From positions 20,832,001 to 20,896,000 of the forward strand of contig JBHGNT010000010.1 in the NCBI GenBank assembly GCA_043228905.1: a DNA stretch of 64,000 nt, in the 5' to 3' direction. The stretch is from Azolla caroliniana (taxonomy: Eukaryota; Plantae; Polypodiophyta). Both the position numbers and the translations under genes were made by a program. Positions 28,532 to 42,374 of this stretch are shown here, in pieces. How positions within the stretch are numbered: position 1 is the stretch's first letter; each line of letters begins with the position of its first letter. The notes below the pieces were generated by a model that searched no databases, had not been told where the DNA came from, and saw only the letters and a program-made list of their open reading frames with translations.

Positions 28532-29169
28532 TATTTATTTTGCTTTTCCTTTGTGCATTTTAATATCATTTATCCTATTCTCCGAAATGGCAACATTGCT
28601 TTTCTTTTCCCTTTTCCTTATGCCTTGTAAATCATCCGACTTTCTCTGAGAAAATACAAGAAAAATAAAATAACAAAGAACCAACATACCTCACATTATT
28701 ACTCTTTCATCAGTTTTTAGTTCTGTAATAGTTAGTAGACAGATCACTGGAAATGTAAATAAATTTTCACATACTCGAGTATTTTGTACAAGATCTGACA
28801 TCAATCTTCCTTTCGGGGGGACATTATATGGGCGTATTCCATATATCATCCTTTCATGTCACATTTTAATGAAATGTGTATCTCAAAACTTATCATCCTT
28901 GCATGTTACTTTTTATTGAAATGTGCCAGTTTCTACGTTCTTAGCCTTTACACAACAGAGATTCACCTCACAAATTGTTACCATCTGCAGGCTTGTTCAA
29001 CAAGGTTTTGACCGTTGCCATAGATCTCAGATTCTAATCTGATGAATTTACATTCACGCGGAATATATAAAAGCCAGAAGGGCAGATAAATGTGGAGGAA
29101 AATTCAATCTGTTGGAACATTTAATATCATAAACTTCATCCATCAATGAATTTCACAAATTTTGTTACG

Positions 29170-29275
29170 ACCACTACAAGATTTGGAACTCATAATGATG
29201 GGAGTACATGTCAACCACTACAAGATTTGGAACTCATAATGATTGGAGTACATGTCGACCACTACAAAATTTGGC
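29170..29275 (+). repeat. Short tandem repeat, unit about 44 bp, about 2.4 copies
   Basis: ACCACTACAAGATTTGGAACTCATAATGAT(G/T)GGAGTACATGTC repeated. Confidence 0.8.
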
Positions 29276-29642
29276 ATTCATCACAAATTCTTATCGATTG
29301 GAGCATTCAGCATTTGGAAAATAAATCTAATTAGTAAACGGTGTCTTTTTTTATATTTACATCTACCAGTCATAAAAATAACTTCAAAAGCTCGTTTTCA
29401 TTCTCTCATCTTTTTTGCATACTTATTCAATACATCAAACTAATCATCTACTTTGACAAACAAATTTATAACCCACAATTTAAACTTTTTAAGTACTTTC
29501 CAGAAAAGATATAATTAACAGAAGGTGCCCTTTACTGTTATTAAATCTTCTTGCTGCAAAACCTCATCATTTGGAGTTAAGAATTGATGCTGCAGAAACC
29601 CAACATTAGGAATTAATTAACGTTCTTGGTGCAAAAATCACA

Positions 29643-31218
29643 TCATTTGAACTTAGTCCCACCATCAATTGCTGGTGCAGGAACAATGCCCCATTTGTTT
29701 CTTACATCTGCAAGATCTTCATGAAAATGCTCTTCATAATATATACACATAAGATCAGAGGATGCTCTACCTGCCTTGAGCGCCCACGGCATATAATCAC
29801 GTAATAAAACATCTCGTTTGGATGGATTCAAACGGATCGTTCCACCAATAACAGAAAGGAAACACATTGGAAGATAGGTCTGCTGAAATTCCACAATCTT
29901 CAAAGCTGATTCACCTAATACATTTGTGGGTAGTTTGAAAAGGACATGCCAAAAGTCATGGATCTCTCGAGCTCGAGTTGCAACATATGTAAGCTCTTCT
30001 GTATCCATGAATCTAACAGGTGGACGATCATCTGGAGAGAAATCCCTTTTGCCCATAAATTTAGCATAAGCTGCCCCAAATGTATTTTCAGGCAAATCCC
30101 AAGCATGCCCAACTGATGCCATTTTCACCCGAGGACGATCAGCAAGCACACGCTGCAATAAGGAAAAACTTTGCCTATCAATCTTTTGACATTGATTCAA
30201 AATTGAGTTCAGAATCAATTGGTGATCAATTGATTCCTATTAACAGATTATATTTTAAAAACTTATAGAGCAAACATACCATAAAAATAGAAGATTGAGA
30301 CAAACAATGAGAGGATCAACAAATTATGGATACATATTAAAATACTATAACAATGTATGTTCATTATCTACTCCCCGCACAACAAAGAAAAAATATTGAG
30401 AAAATGCTGAGATAGTATAAACACCGAATATTTAAACCTTAACCAAATCTCTCCTCACAATTTGGCTGAAATGATCAATAAATGGAGGATAAAAGTCTGA
30501 ACAATTATATAGCAGAGTATAAAACAATCCCTCAAAACAGACGATGGAGAGAAGTGCTGAAATGATCAACAAACGAAGCATAAAAAATTATAAACAACTA
30601 TATGCAGGACTATGAAAACAAATCCTCATAACAAGAATTGAAGCAAGTGCTGAGTTGATCAACACGACTATATATCAAAACATAACCGCAACATGTGTTT
30701 AATCAAAATGGATTGGGGCAGTGCTGAAATGAATAAAACAGTATATTGAGATATGAAAGCATATAATCAAACAACCCCTCACTGAAATTATCAACACATT
30801 TGGAATACGTGTTTAAACTATAGCAATATGTCTCGATCAAATATCCCCTAAAGATACAAATTAAACGCTACAAAGCAAAGCATAAAAAATGCTAAAATAT
30901 GCATGGTTGAGACTAAGTACTGAAATGACCAACAACTAAAGGATGCAAAAATATACATGTGTACAGCATCCGAGAAAAAAAGAAAAAGATACAAAATAAA
31001 TTGATTGAAAAACATTAAAAAGGATTAACCTTTCCTTCTGGGTGAGATTTCATTCGATCTAGCATGTGTTGGAATGCCATTTTACCCGTGGTTTCACCGA
31101 GAGCAGCCACTAAATCAGCTCTGGAAGGATCCATGAGAGCACCAACAGCAGATCCGAATGCAATAGCCCCTTTCTGCCAAGATTTCAAAGGAACCCATGA
31201 CGAAGGTGATGGTGACGG

Positions 31219-31250
<32 letters not shown>

Positions 31251-31335
31251 GGTCTTCTCTGTTCTCGAACCCATAGGCGATCTGAGAGGCAAATCGCAGA
31301 TGTGTAGTCAAAGGGCGTCGAATTGGAATGAGCAT
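29643..31335 (-). CDS. COQ4: Ubiquinone biosynthesis protein COQ4, mitochondrial, 2 exons
   Basis: Exon 1 (31030-31335) has a transit-like N-terminus and [19 protein letters not shown]. Exon 2 (29643-30152) has [19 protein letters not shown] and the metal-binding motif [11 protein letters not shown]...GESALK. Confidence 0.95.
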
Positions 31336-32131
31336 ATTTTTTATGGTTAATCAAACGCTCTGCTTCTTACAGCAAATTTCTTCGTCTTTTCTTCTTCCTT
31401 CTCCACATAGGAGCATGTGGGTGATTTACAGGCTCTAAAGGTATCTTGGCGAAACAATAGGGTGTATGGCGACACCTTTCACAATGGATTTCTGGTTGAT
31501 ACGCTCAGAAGTTTGAACCATCAATACCCAGAACCTATAATATGCAAATTCAAAGGTTATGTCAGTGTATATCATAATTAGCTCTAGCTGGGCAAATGTG
31601 CAATGATTCTACAGGCTCGGGGACACCATTCTCAAGTGAAGACTAGGGTGGGGCATGACATTTTCTGGGGGAAAAAGTTCATCTCATTGCCCATTCTTTC
31701 TTTTGTGAGTATCTTCACATTGGAACGTCTAATTTTGTGTAGATTGGAACACTTTCACAATATCACAATGACAATTCTCACACATATTTTCTATGGGGAA
31801 CAAGTGACTCGACTCATCGATTGCCCATTCCTTCCTTTCTGGGTGTCTTTCCACATTGGAAAGCCAATTTTTGTATAAATTGAAGCACTTCCACTAGATC
31901 ACAATAACAATTTTAGCATACTCAAAATGGTTATAAGTCTTCTATGGGAAAATAAAACTGTTTACAAGTCTTCCCAATTGTGTGGGCATAACCAAATGTG
32001 CTGACAAGGCTTTCCAAATGCATGACACAAACATGTGGCCCTCTAATTGAAATGGAAGTCCACAATTGCACAAGACAATGAAATGATTATTCTAGTTCAT
32101 TGAGTTATGAGTTGTTAACTATAATATATAC

Positions 32132-32168
<37 letters not shown>

Positions 32169-33212
32169 ACAAATTCACAGATTAACACTAAATGTGAAAC
32201 CATATTACAATCAATACGTGTACCTTACAGACTATGAAAATCCTTTTCGAATGTCATGTGAAAAATTTTTGCAGTACCAAGTGATCGATGATTCTATCAA
32301 CTTAAACAAAGTGAGGTTAAAACATAAAAGCTTCACTTGAGCTTTACCAAAAAATTATGTAGATACATATGTCCATAGCTAGAGACCACTGTGCATATGG
32401 TTCAAAATAAGATATTGAAGTCATTTTTAAATATTTCGATAAAAAATAAAGGGTGACGGATAGACATAATTATATGAACCCAACAGATAAGAACAGACTA
32501 CATTTGGTTCAGCATCCTTCAGCATATGATATCCATCAGCATCGTTCAAAAAAACACTGCTGAAGGAACACCGAAGATTCTCTTCAGTTTTACATAGAAC
32601 TGCAAGAACAGAACTGATGCCAAATTTTTGCTTTTATACATTAATTTAATGAATATTATGCATGGCACTTGAAAGCTACAACTCTCATTACAAATCAAAT
32701 CAGAAAACACAAGAATTTTCACTGTGTTCCACAAACTAACGTGAAGCACCTATTATTCTCTCATTGGCATTTCTGTTTACGGTCCTTTTTTACTCTCTCG
32801 ATCCAAGAGAAACAGAAGTACGGCAAAATTGTAGCGGTTGGTCATGTCCTGTCTTCCAATGATCGGTCAGCCGATGGAAGATAAATCAGGTCTTTCTTTC
32901 TTGGTGAACCACCAGGGAGAAAATAATTGAGGTCCACTATTTAGTGGGTTTATCATATCTCGAGCAATTGGCTCCATGTAAACTACAAAGAGATCTTCTG
33001 CAAGGTTTCATGAAGTTATCTGCTTAATGATCAGTTCTGGATAGATGATATTATCACAACCCTTGAATTCAACCCATATTTCAGGTAGATAACATTCAAT
33101 GTTATGTATGCAGCTCCATTATGCTTTACTGCAGTATGTTGTATTTTGCTAAGTTGAGCTGCTTTATGCCCGTTTCTGTCAATACAAGATCTGGCCCACA
33201 TGGCAAACTTAA

Positions 33213-36200
33213 TCATGTGCCATACAAGTGTCTGTAAACTGGTGGTGGTAAGTCATTGATAGCTTCTAACCAAGGTTTCTCGATTATCAGAATAGATTTA
33301 TCTGATATATGCCCAACGAATAGCACTGGATCCTTGAAAGGTACCATAACAAAATTCTTATTATGAGAACCATTAGAATTACCATTCTCTTGCTTGCCCA
33401 AGTGTGCAGTTCCATTTGAGAGGACTGATTTTTGTGCAGGAGAAGATAAAGATACTTCATCATCATGAGGAACAGGCTTCTTGAAATCAATGAAACACAT
33501 TGCCCTGTTAAATACATAGCATTTAATAACTTAAATAAACAAGCAAATTAAAATGTATTATTATGGTGAACAAACAAAAGGCGATACAAGCAAGTAGATT
33601 TACTTTGAGCTGTATGCAATAACAGTGGTTGACTTTCTCGAAGGACAGAAGGAAAGGCCCTGAATTCCTCCTGGAAACTCAAGGAAAGTGCAAGGAAGCC
33701 TGTTGCCATGCTGCCTTGACCACTCTCCAAGCCTCTTGGCTTCCACATCCAAGACATGTAGTACATTAGCACTTGTTGTTACAATCAAGAGTCCATTGCT
33801 TCCAGGATGAAATGTAGCAGCAGTTACAGGATTACCGTCTAGGGGAGGAACAAGCCAATGTTGCCTAAATAATTCACCATGTTAACAAATTAGTCTCTCG
33901 CTCTTATAGTTCTTACTAAATTCTCCCTCTACATCACAAGCAGACATGCATGTAAATAATCTATATGTATATATGTTAGATATACAATCATTATAGGGAA
34001 AAAGTCCCAAAATACCAGAGATTTTCTTCATTCCCGATGGGCCCACTTACATATATGTATATAAGGTAGATAAGCATTCAGTTGCAGCGCCTTCATTTTA
34101 TAGCTCCCTTCTTCTCCATCTTCTCTATGTGGAACAAACACAGACACTCTACACTTTCCCATTTCGCTGTTTTTGTATCTATTCATTCACCATGACACAC
34201 GCACTACCACTACTACCACTACCACTAACCATCCCATCACGTTTCTCTCCTTGCATCACGATCCTACACCTCCTCTACGTAATCCACCCCACCACCACTA
34301 TTATTATTACTTAGTCTCCATTTAGGCCCTTCCCCCGTTGTATTGGTTCCTGTATGTATAGGTATAGAGAGAGGACAAAAGAAAGAAGAATGAAGAGGAT
34401 GAGCAAGCCAAGATGAAAGTGTCTAGGTTCAGAAAAACACTTGAGACTTGATGAAGGCTCCATTATACATTAATGTGCTAGGAGGCGTCGAGATGGGCCG
34501 TGCCTACAAATTACGAAACTTTTTTCTCAATTATTCCACGATGTTTCCACGTGGTCGACAAAGGCCATTGGGAGAATAAGCAAAAAATGGGGGCAGTTGG
34601 GGAAAACAAGAAAACGTGGATGTCTGGGATTTTTCCCTACACTATAAAGATAAATAGATAGAAAGCTACATACAATGATGTGTCTTTGGGTCTTTAGCAT
34701 GACATTTTACAAGTGGTATGAATACCAGATAAAACATAGTTATACATATATAGCCTTTTGTTTCTACTGGTTTATCATACTATACCCATGATAACATAAT
34801 AGAAAACAACCATCTTTATAATTGTTTTATACCAGTCTACCCAACAAATTATCAAATGAGAATACACAGAAACGAGGCCCTCTGCTGTAAAATGAAAAAA
34901 AGTCTACACTGCTTATTTTCCGACCGTCCAAATTTTTTTTTTAGCATTGCACCCTATAAAAAGAAAAGCAACACTATTGTGTGCCAAATGCAAATAGTCT
35001 TACTCCTGAGTACATCATATGTTGACTTAAAACATCAAACAATGTGGCATATGCCCATGATATAAAAGCTGAGATGACTGAACGAAATACAAATCAAACA
35101 AAACTTACTGAAATGTCTCCAGATTAAAGACTGTAATGTCACCCCGAGCATCGCACGTTGCAAGCCATTGGCCATCTAGACTTGGGCATATTGATGTGAT
35201 AGGGGAAATTGCAGCACCAAGTTTGTGTGCCTTTTCTCTCTCAAAACGACGCTGAACAGTAGATGTCTGAGTATCTACAACCTGCAATTAGCAGAACATG
35301 TGCCATCAAGAACTCCAGTATTCAATAGAGGAAATTTTTTAGAGCAATTGCTGCCTGTGTACTTTACAATGCTAAAGAGAATACTACAGAATCCCATTGA
35401 AATTTGTTATGCATACAGTTTCTATGATCATACTCCAATGTATTTACAAGATGCCACCAATAGAACTTACCCAAACTGCTTGGTCTAAACAGGCTAGAAT
35501 GAGAAGGCTAGAACCACAGAACACCATACAATGAGCTGGTGGCAGATTCTTTGGCAGACTTCTTTTTGTTATTCCTGATACTTCAGCCATGGCCAAACCA
35601 ACCGTAGGCCGCGGATGTAATTCAAATAGCCGAGGTTTTGACTGATCTGAGAATGCAACAAGTTCTCCACAACCAGATAAAGCACTACAAGTTATATTCT
35701 CAGCTGATTTGCACTTTATCCTAGCAAGCAACTCTGGTGATAAGCCTTTCATCTTTCTGAACTGTTTAGAATCGCAGGAGATTGGAGATTTGGTCATGTC
35801 ATGGCCATTAGCAAAATCTTTAGCAACACCCTTCAGATGACCATTAGCAGTCCTCTGACGAGCATTATAGTTAGGGGATTCTTCAGATTTTCTCTTGCCA
35901 AGCTGAGATTGTGATGCAGATCCATTCTTCTGAAGATTAGTAGTATCGCTAGGTTCACATGCAACCATTTTCCAGATGTCTAGTTGATGTTCATGCTGTG
36001 CCATCATGATAAGCCCATGATGTTGCTTTGTAGCAAGTGAGATTGGTGTTCGCTGCGGGGCATAACAGACATCATGAGGCTGAAATGCTAGAAACGCATT
36101 AGCGGGGTAAGTGAAAAGCTTGGCATCGTTGCCTCCAGAAATGAGCATTGGAATGCTCGGATCCAGGTTGAGCTGATTCTGATCCATCCAAGACTTTTTC

Positions 36201-39200
36201 AGTTTCTTTGGTTCTCTTTTCAACCGCTTAAGGCTGGGAGTTACATTATCTCCATTATCTGTAAGGTGACAGGCTCACAGAATGACACTTCATAAATCCC
36301 AGCAAAAATCCCAGAGGCACAAATGTTTTACACACCTGTAACTTGAGGAGGACAAGCAACTACCAAGGAATTAACATCATGGCTATGGTTCCGCTTATAG
36401 CCAACATAAACCCACTTATCACCTTGCCCAATTCCTACATCTACTTCCGATTTTTTTATTACATCAGCCAAGATTTTGCTTGCATGGACATGCTGATACT
36501 GAACAACCTGTATAAACCCATTAACACACAGCATCCAGATGTTTAATACCCTAATTTAAGCCAAACGATGAGCAAATCAGTGCACATATAACTTTGTAAA
36601 CACTCACTTGTCCGTCAGCCCCAGCTGCAAAAACTGACTGATGGCTTGGCGAAGCTGCCAAAGCCAAAACATCTGCTTTATGGCTGGTCAATGCTTGTAA
36701 AAACGTTCCATGTTTGCCATCCCAAAATTGTGTGCTTCCAGAGCTGTCTCCACTTACGACAGTTCCATCCCTATGAAAAATAAAGAGAATAAAATTTATT
36801 TGCGTTATCATACAAGTTAGGATCATCCTAGTTTATGAAACATTGAATTCCAATGTGAAGTTTTTATTAGAATAAATACAGCAGAAGTAACATAGTCAAA
36901 GACACTCCACTAACTACATTCTTACAATTCCATTGTGAAGTTTTTATTAGAATAAATACAGCAGAAGTAACACACAGTCAAAGAAACTCCACTGACTGCA
37001 TTCTTACATTGAACAAAAAATTGCCCATACCTCTTTGCATGCAGATACTAACATTTTATTGAAATTTAGTGCTCTGTTTGTACTTCAGTTTGATCAATAT
37101 CATGGCAGCTACAGATGACCTTGCATTTTCTAATAAAGGATTTCCCAAATGGAAAAATGAACGTTTTACAGCCTCCCCAGACTAAACGAACTAATGCAGC
37201 AAATAATTCCACATACTCACTCACCTTGGACTTGGAAATCAGCCTTGTGACCTAGTAAACAACTTTAAGGAGTAACTACAACTATTTATTATGCATTACT
37301 TCTGTTGATCAAACAATAATGATCACATCCGCAATCAGTTATTAACCGTAAAACTTTTGGGCCCAATTAAAAATGTTATGCTTTTGGTCAATCTGCCAAT
37401 AACATGTCCCTAATATTATCAAAAGGTTTTAGTGCATCATTGTTACATTCCAATGGTACTAGATACAAAGCATTGCATAATATAGAAGCCCCCCTTTTTC
37501 TTAGCTACAATCTAATACCCTAAGACTCTACATTCATAAATACTCATGTTTTCATAATGATGTGGCGGGCAAATGATCGCATACTGAATTAAGCTCCAGT
37601 TATCACAGTTAATCCATTCAGCTCATTTTACTCACTTGAGTGATAATATAGACCATATACAGAGATTTGACTCGCTGCCAGAAACCCCCAAACCAGCAGT
37701 TATTCTATACAGTTCTCGAGATAGTCGTGCATCCCAGCATCTTATGCATCTGCATCATAGATCAAGTAAGATATCATAATAGAAAATTAAAACAAAATAA
37801 GATATCAGGTTGATCTCAATCATAGCTTACCCATCAGAACCGCCAGAGTAGATTCTTTCAGCATCAACACTCCAAGCAATGCTCAGAATTCGACCTGCTC
37901 AATCCATACGACATTTGGTAATCACGTATAAACTTATATCCATTTACCATCTAAAACAGGCAAAGACATACCTTCTACTCGAGGAAATGCATTTTTGTAC
38001 GTCATGCTTTGCCCATCTTCAACAGTAAAAAACCGCATACAACCATCATCACATGCAATTGCTATTCTTTTTTCTCCCCTATATTTTTCTTCTCCTTCCT
38101 TGTTATTCTCTTCATCTTCACCATTATCAGTATCATTATCTGAGCTTGGTGAGCCATTTTGATCTGGACTAGCAATTCTAGCAGATAGACTAACTCTAGC
38201 AACAGTAAATGGTTCAATTGCCATTTGCCAAATAGAGCCCCCATATGAACTCAATATCTCCTGCACACAAAAAACCCATGTTTACACAATTAAATCCTGA
38301 ACTCTTAGATTCTTCCTTCAATCCAGAAAACAAGCCTGTATTATATTAGATTTTAGCACTCTCCAATCATGATAAAATTTCAGCTGATAAATCTCACCTT
38401 TGGACGTAATGTCGAAAGGTCCCATTCCGATATAAATCCATCCAGCCCAGCCGAAAATAGTCGACCCCATCTACAGGTGTTTGATGGACACCATAACAGA
38501 CATGACAAACTTGCATCTTGTTTACCAGGAATTGTCTGAAAAGAAAGAAAGCAAATCATCTAATTATCTACTACAATACAATGTAACTCAACAATTCCAA
38601 CCCTTCTATAGGGACTGCTATGAATTTAAACCATGATTATAGCGGGCACTATTTTACGTAGCATTTGGTGCTTACTCAATAATGCAGTATTTCACATAGA
38701 ATCTGATGCTTAACAATTTGATCTTTAGGAATAACAAAACAATATGCTATCGCAATCAAGTTCACAGCACAATAGATAACCACGTCAATCTAGAGCAATG
38801 CACCATTCAATCACTACTCTACCTTGAAATCGACAAAATCGCTATTCTATGATTCAATCATCTAGAAAAAGCTCAGATCCACATGATTGATAGCAATTTG
38901 AGCTACCCAGACCATGATGAAATCAACAAAATCACTATTCTATGATTCAATCATCTAGAAAAAGCTCAGATCCACATGATTGATAGCAATTTGAGCTACC
39001 CAGACCATGATCATGCGATCCACATTTATCAGTCATACATTAGAGAATGTTTTAATAACCCTTTTTCTGACTAAACCATGATCTTCTGATAACTATCATT
39101 TCTATGTGCTTTAAAGATAAAACCTAATATCCCTCTTAGCTAACAAGGAAAAAGAGCAATTTTTAATACTCTTTACCTCTAAGCAGGACATTACTGTATC

Positions 39201-39826
39201 GAAATTCATATATTAGATACTCTTTATACTCCTTTTAGCTCGTGAGACCATGATCATGCATCATCTGTCAGTTTTCATACATTAAATTTTTAATATCCTT
39301 TCTATCTAGAGAGGCCACGACCATATCAACACTTCATGCATTACGGAGAGTGTTAAAAGAAACAGAAGTAGTCTAGAACTATACAGCATAATTTTCAGCT
39401 CTTCATACACAACAGAACTTTTCACCGATCCTTTCAGTTAACCAGGTGATGATCATGTGTGTCGTAACAATTCTTCATAAAGTAGAGCTTGCTTTAACAG
39501 AATCAAATGAAGAATTCGGTCCTCACCCGTTCATACCTTAGATAAATGTTTAAAAAATCCTTTTAGGCAACAAGTTCATGGTTGCTCGACATCTATCAAT
39601 CCTTCATATTTTGTCAACGCAATCATACTTACAAACAGAAGAAGAAATACGATTTAGCTCTTACAAGTTCACAGTGCCATCCTACAGAGCCTGGAGAGAC
39701 AGTCCATATCTCGATGGAGCCATTTCCTCTTCCAGCAGCTAGGACGGTCCCATCGACGCTGGCGGCGAGGGAGACGACAGGAGAAGGTTTCCATTCTACA
39801 TGCCTATACCTGTGAATTTCCAGCAT
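33213..39826 (-). CDS. UTP4/cirhin-like WD40 protein (U3 snoRNA-associated, SSU processome; POPCORN-like), about 11 exons
   Basis: N-terminus [23 protein letters not shown]...[12 protein letters not shown]. Internal motifs [38 protein letters not shown] and [12 protein letters not shown]-terminus [24 protein letters not shown]. Confidence 0.9.
33996..34637. mobile_element. Non-autonomous Mutator-like (MULE) element in an intron of the UTP4-like gene
   Basis: Imperfect TIRs GGGAAAAAGTCCCAAAATACC..TTTTCTT versus reverse complement GGGAAAAATCCCAGACATCC..TTTTCTT. Degenerate 9-bp flanks ATCATTATA and TACACTATA match at 6 of 9. Confidence 0.55.
36848..37008 (+). repeat. Intronic tandem duplication, about 80-bp unit x2
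   Basis: TGTGAAGTTTTTATTAGAATAAATACAGCAGAAGTAACA...CATTCTTACA occurs twice. Confidence 0.85.
38825..39010 (+). repeat. Intronic tandem duplication, about 93-bp unit x2, near-identical
   Basis: TGAAATC(G/A)ACAAAATC(G/A)CTATTCTATGATTCAATCATCTAGAAAAAGCTCAGATCC...CCCAGACCATGA occurs twice. Confidence 0.9.
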
Positions 39827-40020
39827 CTCAGCAGATAAAGCGACGGCGGTGGGGATGGAGAAGGAGAAGGAGAAACAGAAGGGAGCAGGGAAGAGAGGCT
39901 CATAAGGATGGAGGTTGGAGGGGTGTGGCTATGGCGGAGGGCGGAAAACGCAGGCCTGACAATATGTATATTTTTGTTCACGAAGGAAGAGAGAGAGAGA
40001 GAGACAGAGAAGCCCTAATG

Positions 40021-40065
<45 letters not shown>

Positions 40066-40862
40066 TTTATGTTGGGATTAAGGGGAGAGGGAGGGGTTTT
40101 CTTCTTCTTAAAAGTTTTTAGCCTAAGTAAAAAACATCCAATACAACAACAACACACCCTACACAGCTTGCTTGTCTCTGCGAGAGAGAGAACTGTCTTC
40201 TAAGACCAAATTTGGCCCATGTATCTGACAAGTGGTTACTGTAATTTGATATACATATATACCCAATCATTGAAAATAAATAAACAAAAACATGAATAAG
40301 AGAGTTTTTGCGTTGCACAGAAAATGTTATGGGAATGTCTCGTGTCCTATAAAGGAAATGGCTATCTGTTGAGACTACGTTTGATTTCTATTTGAGTCTC
40401 TTGAACAGGAGCATCGGGTTGAAGGGTTTTGGTGCATCATGTGTGGCCCGTGGTCTCGATGTAAATGGTATCCCGACCATAGCTTCTAGGCGGGGTAACT
40501 CGCATTCCCTTGTCTTCTTAATTGTTTTTTGTATGACGAGTGACTTTGAGGCCCGGTATCCGAGCCCGTTTTGTTGGCTTTTACTTTTCTGCTTCAACAA
40601 GGGAGAGGTCAAGTGGTGCGAGTGCGTCCATGTTCATCGGTCCCCCTATCCCTCAAAAAAATCAATGGTTACGTGTTGCTGAATATTAGAAACTTTCCCT
40701 AACGTATGAGAGAAAGAGAGAAAGTTTGAGGAAGGCGAGTTCCTCTTGTCTCTCCACTTTGGTATGTGTCAAAGAGGCATCCATGATGGGCACTTCCAAT
40801 GTCTTGCTTTACTATCTTGCCTTTGTTGCCCTCCTTGTCTACCTCGTTGTGATAAAGATGTG

Positions 40863-41618
40863 GCATTCCAAACTAAGTTATGCATGCTTAGGACATCTAT
40901 ATGTAATAGAAGCACATGAAATGTATCTATAGTCAACATATTCTTCAACAATCATACCCCTTTCATGATCCCCAAAATTCCTCATGAATCATGCGTATAT
41001 AACATGTACTAGAAACATGACCATCTATATATTGGTTAACACATACTCATCTTCAAAATTTTAGAAAATTATCGTTAAGGATTTGCATGTTATTAGGATA
41101 CCCTCAAGAAACACCCTTGAATTTTAACACAACCTTACTTAGACATAAATAAGCATTGAAATTAGTTCAACTAGTGCCTAATTAAAGGTTATATTTAAAC
41201 ACTTGAAATGATATATGATTGCTTGATTTATATTGCAATAACTGAATAAACACGTTATTTGTGGTTTGGCTTGTTATTTACTCAACTAATTTATTGCTTG
41301 ATCACTATCTAATTGCTCTTATCTTACTTGATAACTAGGGTTGCCTGATTGATGCCTTTAATATGACAACATTTTTAAAATGCGGTGAATGCTTGGATCA
41401 ATAGATACAAGCTCCTTGTTCACCAACCTAGAGAAAGACACGAGCAAAACACTATTGACGGGTCAAGTACAACCTTGTTCTTGAGCGGTTGAAGAATTCT
41501 TCAAAATGGCTTGGCTATACAGAGCTATAGACAACCGCATCACTCTCGTATTTTGAGGCTTCACATGGAACAATAAAATTTGAACGAGAGTCCAAATTAA
41601 TTGCCGAGTACTCTAATT
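40863..41618 (-). repeat. Dispersed ~755-bp repeat, copy 2 (inverted relative to 12094-12849)
   Basis: Its reverse complement aligns along the full length of 12094-12849 with scattered substitutions and small indels. Confidence 0.9.
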
Positions 41619-42302
41619 TACCCAGACTATGTGTGTTGTGAATCGTGATTCTTCGTTCACATGAACTTCTTTCATCATGGAATCTTAAGAAACAATACAT
41701 TTTTTATTTGGTTCCAAATTGATGGGAGCTAACAATTGAGAACCTTACAACACATTTTTTATGTTCCTTTGTATGGTTCTTATCATGTTCCTTGGCATTG
41801 GGAGCTTTTGTGTTGTTGTTGGTTAGACCTTTTTGAGAGTTGAGACAATGTTCAAATCAGCGCAGGAGATAAATTTCAGGATTTTGCTTAAGAGAAAGAA
41901 CAAATAGAAAAACATTGTAGGTGCGAACGATTAGTGATTATGGTTTGCTTGCTCAATTTGTCAAGGACACAAGTTTTATATTAAAGGCCAAACAATGGTT
42001 GGATGAATGCATGGGAAATGATGATCAATCCCCATTCGATGTAACCTTGTTGAATAAAAAGGTTGTGCATTTGTCACGTGAAACAATTCATGTTACACAT
42101 GTTACAAAACAAACATTGGAAGACATTGGCTAATAATGTAAAAGGGTTTGGAAGCAACATGTCATCAAATCTTAATATCACGACTTCTTCTTGGAAACCT
42201 AGATGTAGATAGATGGCATTGAGGATTGCATTGCATGTTTATACATATTTCATACTTAAAACATAAACGTGAAGTCAAGAACAAAATAAATTACAATAAT
42301 TT

Positions 42303-42374
42303 TGCGTCTGCCGGGAGTCGAACCCGGGTCTATTGCTTGGAAGGCAATTATCCTAACCGTTGGACTACAAACGC
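42303..42374 (-). tRNA. tRNA-Gly (anticodon TCC), identical to the copy at 28460
   Basis: Exact reverse complement of 28460-28531. TATA-like motif about 25 bp upstream and a T-run downstream. Confidence 0.96.

Noticed and set aside
28532-28700. Dicistronic tRNA-snoRNA downstream of tRNA-Gly (also checked for the other Gly copy and tRNA-Met)
   Set aside because: T-run terminators follow immediately and I see no properly spaced C/D boxes.
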